A stretch of DNA of 64,000 nucleotides from Mollicutes bacterium (GTDB taxonomy: Bacteria > Bacillota_I > Bacilli_A > RFN20 > CAG-826): the NCBI GenBank assembly GCA_022780025.1, contig JALEXS010000031.1:2003-66002 (forward strand), read 5' to 3'. Positions 55,926 through 63,119 of the stretch are shown here, piece by piece (position 1 is the stretch's first letter; the number at the start of each line of letters is the position of its first letter). A model generated the notes under the pieces. It was given only the letters and a program-made list of their open reading frames with translations. It was not told the origin of the DNA and made no database searches. Made by a program: the position numbers and the translations under genes.

Positions 55926-58754
55926 ATGAAAACAATACACGTTATTAGCGGCACACATTGGGACCGTGAGTGGCGCCATACTGCCGAACAATCAAAATTA
56001 AGACTAGTTGATTTAATGGATAATATTATCAACATCTTAGAAAAGAAAAAGACTTATAAATTTTTCTGTGTCGATGGAGGAACTATTGTTATTGAAGATT
56101 ATTTAACAATTAGACCAGAAAATAAAGAACGTATTAAAAAATTAATTAAAGATAAAAAAATGTTTATTGTTAATTGGTATACATTACCAGAAACTAATAC
56201 AGTTGCTCCAGAATCTTTAATAAGAAATTTATTATTAGGTAAAAAAATGGGTAAAGAATATGGAGGTACTATAAAAAGTGGTTATACAGCTACAAGTTAT
56301 GGACAACCTTCTCAACTTCCTCAACTTTATAATGGATTTGGTATTACTGATGCTATATTTTATCGTGGAACAAATAAACATGTTTTAACTCCATTATTTA
56401 CTTGGGTAAGTCCAGATGGATCTAGTTTAGATACTTTAAGAACTTTTGATGAAGTTACAAGAACTAACTGGTTCTTCTATATCCATGGACCAGCTGTCCT
56501 TGGTAAAGGTCAAAAAGATTTATCTTATAAATATGATAAGACTCAATTACCTGTTCACATGGCTGATATATATTCTTATGAAAAAGCATTTACTTTATTA
56601 CATGAAGATTTTGATTATATTCATGATAAAAAAGTTCAAAAAAATGCTTTAGATGCTTTAATTAAACAAGCTGAACCATATGCCATTGGAGATGAAATAT
56701 TAGCATTAAATATGGAAGATAATGATGAACCATATCGTTATTTACCTGAATTAATTAAAGATTTAAATAAGATTTATCCAGATGTTGAGATTATTCAAGA
56801 TACTTTAGATGATTATATGGCTAATATTAGAAGTAAAAAAGATTATAAGAAAGCTACTCATCATGGTGAATTACGTTATACAACAATGGAATATAATAAT
56901 TTCAATGCTTTACTTGGTGCAACTCACTCATCAAGAATTAAAATTAAATTATTAAATGATGATTGTGAAAATAATTTAATTAATGTTGCTGAACCTTTAT
57001 CTTCTTATGCTAAATGTTTTGGTAAAGAATATCCTACTAATAACTTAAATAGAGCTTGGAGATATTTACTTAAATGTCATGCCCACGATTCTATTTGTGG
57101 AGCTGCTGTTGATAGAGCTCATGAAGATATGCTATATAACTTCTCTTTAGCTAAAACTGTTGCTGAAGAATGTACAAATAGAGCTACTATTAATTTATTT
57201 TCTAAAATCAATACTAAAAAGAATTTCTTAGAAAATGATTATGTAATGACTTTTTATAATACTTTACCATTTGAAAGAAAAGGAATTTATGAAGTAGTTT
57301 TTGATACTCCTAAAGGAAATGGATCTAAAGTTGATATTGGCGTAGATGGAGCTAGTTCAGGTGAAGAATTCTACGATATAGTCGATAATAACGGCAATAA
57401 AGTTCCACATGTAGAACTTTATAATGATGATATTTCTATTGGTGTTGAGCGTGAAATGGATACTAAAGCTATTAAATTTAAAGCTAATAGAAAACGTATT
57501 TTAATTGAAGCTAATATACCTCAAAATGGTTATAAAACTTATGCATTAAGATTTAGAAAACCTGAGTTTGCTTATCATCCTGAAATTATTGATAATCGTA
57601 AATTAATTGCTAGAGATAATGGAATTTTAGAAAATGAATATTTAAAAGTTACCTTAAATTCTAATGGCACTATCAATATTTTAAATAAAGAAAATAATCA
57701 TTTAATGAATAATTTAATGTATTATAGCGATAAAGGTGAAACAGGTAGTGCTCATATTTCTACAGAACCAAAAAGAAATAGAACATATACTTCTTTAGGT
57801 GGTACTTCTACTATTACTATGCTTGAATCTAATGAATTAAGAGGTTCATTTAAAATAGATTTAGTAATGACTATTCCTGCTGCTGCTACTATTTCAGGAG
57901 ATGATCGTACTCGTGAAATGAAAGAATTACCTATTTCTACTATTTTAACTTTAGAAAAAGGTTCTAAATATTTAAAAGTTAAGACTACTTTAAATAATGA
58001 ATGTAGAGATCATAAACTTGTAGTTAATTTCCCATCTTATATAGAAAAGGCTGATTGGGTCGATGTAGAATCTGCTTGGGATGTTGCTCATAGAACAATT
58101 AAATGGCGTGATCATAAAGATAATTTCGAAGGATTTACTCCATTCCAACCTATGCAAAACTTTGTAGATGTTAGTGATAATAATCTTGGATTAGCTATCT
58201 TAACTAAGGGCTTAAGAGAATATGAAATTGCAGATGATACACTCCGTACTATTAAAATTACTTTAATTAGAACTCAAAGAGCTTATATGACTGCTAATAG
58301 TTCTATGAATGTTGAAGAATTAGATAAATATACAGGTCAACATTCGTTTGGTACTTTAACTTATGAATATGCTATTTATCCTCATAAAGGTAATTATAGA
58401 GATGGTAATGTTTTAAGCGAAGCTTATAACCATAAAGTACCTGTCAAAGCAATTCAAGGTGTTGTAATGGATGGTATTTTAAACGATACAGATTCATTTA
58501 TTAAAATTAATCAAGAAAATAAAATATATATATCAGGTATTAAAGAAAGTGAAGATAAATCTGGTATTATAGTTAGATTTTGGAATCTTACAAATGAAAC
58601 TTTAAATACTAATATTAAAACTTTATTACCTATTAAAGAAGTAAAACATGTTAATTTAGATGAAACTAATGAAACTGCTATTGCTATTAATAATGGTTCA
58701 TTTGATTTTGAAATGAGACCTCATAAAATTGAAACATTCTTATTTAAATTATAA
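55926..58754 (+). CDS. Glycoside hydrolase family 38 alpha-mannosidase (cytoplasmic)
   Basis: The track ORF starts at 55881; the RBS-supported ATG is at 55926 (MKTIHVISGTHWDREWRHTAEQ...). HxHWDREW is the GH38 N-terminal metal-site motif. Also has HAHDSICG. Length 942 aa, no signal peptide. Confidence 0.9.
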   Translation: MKTIHVISGTHWDREWRHTAEQSKLRLVDLMDNIINILEKKKTYKFFCVDGGTIVIEDYLTIRPENKERIKKLIKDKKMFIVNWYTLPETNTVAPESLIRNLLLGKKMGKEYGGTIKSGYTATSYGQPSQLPQLYNGFGITDAIFYRGTNKHVLTPLFTWVSPDGSSLDTLRTFDEVTRTNWFFYIHGPAVLGKGQKDLSYKYDKTQLPVHMADIYSYEKAFTLLHEDFDYIHDKKVQKNALDALIKQAEPYAIGDEILALNMEDNDEPYRYLPELIKDLNKIYPDVEIIQDTLDDYMANIRSKKDYKKATHHGELRYTTMEYNNFNALLGATHSSRIKIKLLNDDCENNLINVAEPLSSYAKCFGKEYPTNNLNRAWRYLLKCHAHDSICGAAVDRAHEDMLYNFSLAKTVAEECTNRATINLFSKINTKKNFLENDYVMTFYNTLPFERKGIYEVVFDTPKGNGSKVDIGVDGASSGEEFYDIVDNNGNKVPHVELYNDDISIGVEREMDTKAIKFKANRKRILIEANIPQNGYKTYALRFRKPEFAYHPEIIDNRKLIARDNGILENEYLKVTLNSNGTINILNKENNHLMNNLMYYSDKGETGSAHISTEPKRNRTYTSLGGTSTITMLESNELRGSFKIDLVMTIPAAATISGDDRTREMKELPISTILTLEKGSKYLKVKTTLNNECRDHKLVVNFPSYIEKADWVDVESAWDVAHRTIKWRDHKDNFEGFTPFQPMQNFVDVSDNNLGLAILTKGLREYEIADDTLRTIKITLIRTQRAYMTANSSMNVEELDKYTGQHSFGTLTYEYAIYPHKGNYRDGNVLSEAYNHKVPVKAIQGVVMDGILNDTDSFIKINQENKIYISGIKESEDKSGIIVRFWNLTNETLNTNIKTLLPIKEVKHVNLDETNETAIAINNGSFDFEMRPHKIETFLFKL

Positions 58755-58756
58755 TT

Positions 58757-59752
58757 ATGAAATTTGAAATTAAAGATTTAGGAATTTTTAATGAAAATTC
58801 TGGATTAATTAAACTTAAAAAGTGCTCTGATGGAATATTTGAAGAAGGTAAAAATGGAGTCACCTCTATTTATTCTACAGGAGATAAAAAAGTCGAATTT
58901 ATTAGTTTTAATGAAGGTAGCTTAGCTTATGTTACTTCTTCTATTGGTTATCCTGCTTATTACAAAATTAAGCCTATTAAAATTGAAGCACCTATAAAAG
59001 CTGTTTTAATGGATTTAGATGGAACTAGTGTTAAAAGTGAAGAATTTTGGATTTATATTATTGAAAAAACCGTCCAATCTTTATTAAAAAATGAAAATTT
59101 CCATTTCAGTAAAGAAGATTTACCATATGTTTCAGGACATTCTGTTTCGGAACATTTAAAATATTGTATTGATAAATATGTACCAAATGCAACTTTAGAA
59201 GAAGCTAGAAATTATTACTTTTATCATACTCACTTTGAAATGAATGAAATAATGGAAGGCAGAGGAAAGGAAAATGCTTTTACTCCTTCTAAACATTTAA
59301 AAGAATTCTTACTAGGTTTAAAAGAATTAAATATTAAAATAGGATTAGTAACTAGTGGATTATATGAAAAAGCATGGCCTGAAATATTAAGTGCTTTTAA
59401 TACATTAAAAATGGGTGATCCTAAAGATTTTTATGATTGTTCTATTAGTGCTGGATATCCTTTAAAGAAAGGTAGTGTTGGTACATTAGGTGAATTATCA
59501 CCTAAACCACATCCATGGCTATATGCAGAAACTGCTACTATCGGTTTAAATATTCCAGAAAGTGAACGTAATCATATAATTGGCATAGAAGATTCAGCAG
59601 CTGGAGTATGTTCAATTAGATTAGCTGGATTTAATTGTATCGGCTTTGATGGAGGTAACATTATCTCATCTGGGACAAAAGATTTATGCTCATATTATTT
59701 TTCTGATTTATTAGATATCTTAGATTTTATCAAAAAAATAAACTCAAAATAA
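58757..59752 (+). CDS. HAD-superfamily hydrolase (subfamily IA, beta-phosphoglucomutase/phosphatase-like) with an about 80-aa N-terminal extension
   Basis: HAD motif I is LMDLDGTSV, motif II is LVTSG and motifs III/IV are KPHP...IGIEDSAAGVCSIRLAGF. Its ATG lies 2 nt after the GH38 stop. Confidence 0.75.
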   Translation: MKFEIKDLGIFNENSGLIKLKKCSDGIFEEGKNGVTSIYSTGDKKVEFISFNEGSLAYVTSSIGYPAYYKIKPIKIEAPIKAVLMDLDGTSVKSEEFWIYIIEKTVQSLLKNENFHFSKEDLPYVSGHSVSEHLKYCIDKYVPNATLEEARNYYFYHTHFEMNEIMEGRGKENAFTPSKHLKEFLLGLKELNIKIGLVTSGLYEKAWPEILSAFNTLKMGDPKDFYDCSISAGYPLKKGSVGTLGELSPKPHPWLYAETATIGLNIPESERNHIIGIEDSAAGVCSIRLAGFNCIGFDGGNIISSGTKDLCSYYFSDLLDILDFIKKINSK

Positions 59753-59873
59753 TCAACTTTTTATATAAAAAGGCTGCAAAACTTAATTATTTTCTCAAAA
59801 TTTATTATTAGAATTATTAAGCTCTTACAATGTCTTTTTCCGACCGATGGAATGTTTTTATATTTCTATCAAT

Positions 59874-60428
59874 TCACCATATAATACTTTTTATTATATT
59901 TTCTGTTGCCTCTATTTGAGCTATATTTCCACATTTTTTCATTCTTATTTTTAGCTCATCAATTAAATTTTTTAAAGTTCTTTTAGATGTGAACATAACT
60001 AAAAATAAATGTTCTTCATTTTGTTTAGTTATAATTTTCAAATACGGTGTGTCTTTATCTCCACTAAAAATATTTTCATTACCACTATTTTCCCCGATTG
60101 AATTACGATTAGACCATATGATCTCAATACTTTTAATATCTTTATAAGAAACTGAAGTATAGTATTGCACTTTGTTTTTTTTACTATAAAAATCACTATA
60201 AATATAAATATTAGTTTTATTCAAAATAATCGTAAAACGCAAAATTTTTAAAAGATTATATAGTAAAAAAATAAAAACAATTAAATAAATGCTTATTTTA
60301 ATAATTCCATCAATTATGCCTCTAATATTTAATCCCTTAATGCATTTAAAAAAATCAATACAATTTTTAATAAGTTCAATAAAAGCAAGTATTTCTAAAA
60401 TAAATACTAAAAAAATGCTATTATACAT
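59874..60428 (-). CDS. Small membrane protein, candidate immunity protein for the orphan RHS toxin (2 TM plus PH-like C-terminal domain)
   Basis: Two N-terminal hydrophobic helices precede a soluble domain (IYIYSD...YKDIKSIEIIW...YLKIITKQNEEHLFLVMF...LKNLIDELK). Sits immediately downstream of the toxin tip and has the same architecture as 62700..63119. Confidence 0.5.
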   Translation of the reverse strand: MYNSIFLVFILEILAFIELIKNCIDFFKCIKGLNIRGIIDGIIKISIYLIVFIFLLYNLLKILRFTIILNKTNIYIYSDFYSKKNKVQYYTSVSYKDIKSIEIIWSNRNSIGENSGNENIFSGDKDTPYLKIITKQNEEHLFLVMFTSKRTLKNLIDELKIRMKKCGNIAQIEATENIIKSIIW

Positions 60429-60462
60429 GGTATTTTATCAGGTAAATATAATTTCTTTTTCA

Positions 60463-60968
60463 TTAAAAATAATCCAAAGGTCTTCGATTATAAAAATCAA
60501 CAAGTAAATCATTAGCGTTTATTGCATTCATGAGGCCTGAACACAAAATTCCAGTAAACGTTCCAGCTAAATTATATGTAAAAATTTTAGAAAATGTTTT
60601 AAAAGAAATACTGCTAATTATACCACGAATGAACTTTGTGCTAATTTGTTTACTGATTGCTTTATAACTACCTTTACCACTCGTTAAACCCGGAATTTTA
60701 ATTAATTCAAAAAATTTAAAAGCTAATGCTGATATTGCCCCATTAACAAAAGAAGCAAAAAGTATTTCGTCTTTTGTATAATTTTTGCCTTCCCATTTAT
60801 TTTGAAGATGCATGCTAATTCCAGTCGATAAAAATCCAGTCAAAAACGAAACAAATATTGGACCAAAAAAGGTATAATAGAAAGTCCATCTCCTATGGCG
60901 CCTCCTAACAAGTTACCTACAAATTGTGCATCAGACCAACTAAATTCCTTTGTAAAAGAATAAGATAT
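60463..60968 (-). pseudogene. Disrupted C-terminal toxin domain of the orphan RHS module (in-frame TAA plus 1-nt frameshift in a T-run)
   Basis: After the TAA at 60969-60971 the same frame continues as ISYSFTKEFSWSDAQFVGNLLGGAIGDGLSIIPF. Adding one T at the run 60865-60870 joins it to track ORF 60463..60843 (FGPIFVSFLTGFLSTGISMHLQNKW...RRPLDYF). It is glycine-rich and hydrophobic like the intact tip at 63119-63700. Confidence 0.55.
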
Positions 60969-61955
60969 TTACTCTGATAAAACATACGATACACCTCCAA
61001 CTATCATTCCAATAAGTGAAGAAACTCCAAAGCCGATTAAAAGTGGAATCAAAGACAAATACCCAAACGGATCGTATAAATTAATCGGATAATTAGAACA
61101 ATAAACATAAAAATTTAAATTATTTATATTTTGTGGATCAAAATAGTTTATGTTATCAGAACTTATAAATCTGCCAGTTTCAGGATCGTAATATCTTGAA
61201 ATTAGATAATAAAAGCGTGTTTCTTCATCGTAGTAATATCCTTTGTATCTAAATGGGTTAATTTTTCCTATTGTATTAGCATCTGATCCAGTAATCGATA
61301 TTAACTTTCCATAGGCATCAAGATTATATTTGACTATTAATGCTCCGTAAGAATCAGTAATACCTAAGATATTACCTAAAACATCTCTAACATAGTAATA
61401 AATTGATGTTTTATCTTTAATAAATCCGTATAGAATATCATTTTCATCGTATAAAAAATCTAGCTCATAATCATTAGTTTTATCATTTATTAATTTATTA
61501 CCTTCATATATAAAATTATGACCTATTCCATATGTGTCTACTTTTCTAGTTCTAATTCCAGAATCATCATATTCATAATCATAATGCTGTGAATTAGTAA
61601 TAAATCTAATTAATCTTTTACCTTCAAACACTAATCTATTATTTCTATAAGTATTTGGTAATAATACATTTGTTGAATTATAAGTAATTGTATCTTCTCC
61701 GATTGATATTAATCTATCTTTTATAGCTGTATCATAAGATAAATTAACTCCGTTCTTTAAAATAATATTACCGTTTTTATCATAAGTATATATTTTATTA
61801 ATAAAAATTTTATTAATAAAAATATGTTTATTAATTATATTGTTAATATAAAAATTACTTATATTATTGATATAAGTGTTAGTCAAACAATGAAAGTTTA
61901 AATTGATTTGTTTATTAAAAGATCTAAGTTCGTTATTCATATCAAAATTTAGCAA
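60969..61955 (-). CDS. Orphan RHS/YD-repeat module (core C-terminus with DPxG boundary)
   Basis: YD repeats (YDYEYDDSGIRTRK, FIYEGNKLI, DFLYDENDILYGF, YYYVRDVLGNILGITD, YNLDAYGKLI) precede the RHS core end NPFRYKGYYYDEETRFYYLISRYYDPETGRFISSD and the boundary LYDPFGY. The track start is a TTG; the first ATG is at 61940. Confidence 0.8.
   Translation of the reverse strand: MLNFDMNNELRSFNKQINLNFHCLTNTYINNISNFYINNIINKHIFINKIFINKIYTYDKNGNIILKNGVNLSYDTAIKDRLISIGEDTITYNSTNVLLPNTYRNNRLVFEGKRLIRFITNSQHYDYEYDDSGIRTRKVDTYGIGHNFIYEGNKLINDKTNDYELDFLYDENDILYGFIKDKTSIYYYVRDVLGNILGITDSYGALIVKYNLDAYGKLISITGSDANTIGKINPFRYKGYYYDEETRFYYLISRYYDPETGRFISSDNINYFDPQNINNLNFYVYCSNYPINLYDPFGYLSLIPLLIGFGVSSLIGMIVGGVSYVLSE
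61155..61340. repeat. About 190-bp RHS-core 3' homology block, copy 1 (copy 2 at 63815-64000)
   Basis: Aligned by eye, the copies are roughly 85-90% identical (not computed). Both include ...caggatc(g/a)taatatcttgaaat...aaatgggttaat(t/c)tttcctattgtattagc...gtaatcgatatta.... Confidence 0.8.
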
Positions 61956-62089
61956 AAAGATTATGTCATTTATTTTCTTGTTTAATTATAAAATTATTAG
62001 TATTAAAATACTATACAATTTAATATTACAGAAAAGGCAAGTCTACCCATAGAGTAAACCTACCTAGTTTTGCTTGTGAAAGTAATTTG

Positions 62090-62553
62090 CTATTTTACAA
62101 TAATATTTTTAAATTTATTTTTTAATTTTAGATAATCTTTATAGAATATTTTAAATTGAATTTTTTCACCAGAATTGAATTTAAAGATAATTAATCCTGC
62201 CACTTGTTGTTTATAGATTAGTGCTATCGGAAATGCATACCATTTACATTCATAATATTCACAAGAACTTACTTGATCTATTAGATACGTATGATTAAGA
62301 AATTCAATTTCACTATCTCTTAAAATAAATTCTTTTGTGCTTTTTTTATTTACTAAAAAAAGATAACTACAGTAAAAATCATCAAAGATAAGCAAACTAT
62401 ATATGAAATTAGAATTCCTTTATATACAATCGGTTCTTGTCTAACTATTAATGAGATGATTAATAATAACGTTGTAAAAAACAACCCTATATTTGGCAAT
62501 AATACGGCACCGACTATAGATTCGAATAATTTCAATTTAATTTTAACCATCAA
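62090..62553 (-). pseudogene. Split immunity-type gene (2 TM part 62353..62553 plus soluble part 62090..62395), separated by a 1-nt frameshift in a T7 run
   Basis: The 66-aa ORF (two TM helices) ends ...VVIFF* at the T7 run (plus-strand A7, 62355-62361). One extra T would read VVIFFLVNKKSTKEFILRDSEIEF..., the 101-aa ORF frame. The joined product would have the same 2 TM plus soluble-domain layout as the other two immunity candidates. Confidence 0.5.
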
Positions 62554-62587
62554 GAATCTCCTTTATCATAGTATTATTCTTATTAGT

Positions 62588-62692
62588 TTAATAATTAACG
62601 TCTGCTTTATTGATATTAACATATGTATCAACTAAATCATTAATGCTTAAATTAATTTGTTTAGTAAATGATTTTAATCCGTTATTCTTCAT
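62588..62692 (-). pseudogene. 34-codon stub homologous to the N-terminus of the orphan RHS ORF (module-junction remnant)
   Basis: My translation is MKNNGLKSFTKQINLSINDLVDTYVNINKADVNY*, compared with the orphan's MNNELRSFNKQINLNFHCLTNTYINNISN. It is absent from the ORF track because it is too short. Confidence 0.4.
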
Positions 62693-62699
62693 ATTTCTT

Positions 62700-63119
62700 T
62701 TAATTTATACTTAACATTTTACTATAATATTTACAAATTTCTTCTTTTATTTTTTTTCTTCTATCTAAATATAGAACTGAATCATTGCTAAATAAAATAG
62801 CATAAACTGGACCACAATAAATATTCGATTTCTTAATTTCTGTAACATTTTTCCACTCATAACTTTTGATTTCTTTTTTAAAAAGATAAACGTGTATCCC
62901 TTTTTCATCAAAAGATACAAATTGAAAGACATAACTAAAGCCAAGAAGTAAATATAGTGCAACTATCGATATGTAGGAAATAAATGTCAATAAAGCAACT
63001 TCAAAATGTCCAAGAAACATCGCAAAAGGGCACAAAGGCAATAATAAAGACATACCTAAAATAAAGCAAATAATCTGATATCTATTTTTTAAATACCTTT
63101 TTTTCATAAAGAATACCAT
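62700..63119 (-). CDS. Small membrane protein, candidate immunity protein of the main RHS toxin (2-3 TM plus PH-like C-terminal domain)
   Basis: Its ATG overlaps the toxin stop in TAATG (63117-63121). Hydrophobic helices precede FDEKGIHVYLFKKEIKSYEWKNVTEIKK...VLYLDRRKKIKEEI. Confidence 0.55.
   Translation of the reverse strand: MVFFMKKRYLKNRYQIICFILGMSLLLPLCPFAMFLGHFEVALLTFISYISIVALYLLLGFSYVFQFVSFDEKGIHVYLFKKEIKSYEWKNVTEIKKSNIYCGPVYAILFSNDSVLYLDRRKKIKEEICKYYSKMLSIN

Noticed and set aside
55850-56035. 61-aa minus ORF spanning the GH38 promoter and start, plus the track's upstream GH38 start at 55881
   Set aside because: The minus ORF overlaps the promoter, operator and the conserved HWDREW-coding segment in antisense. 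The start at 55881 has no RBS and would place the predicted -10 inside the CDS. The ATG at 55926 has a GAGG RBS and begins at the conserved GH38 N-terminus.
59753-59873. Spacer between the HAD gene and the toxin array, examined as a possible island boundary or att site
   Set aside because: No direct repeat matching the other end is visible, since the array runs off the window. There is no tRNA or integrase nearby, so the boundary cannot be assessed from this window.
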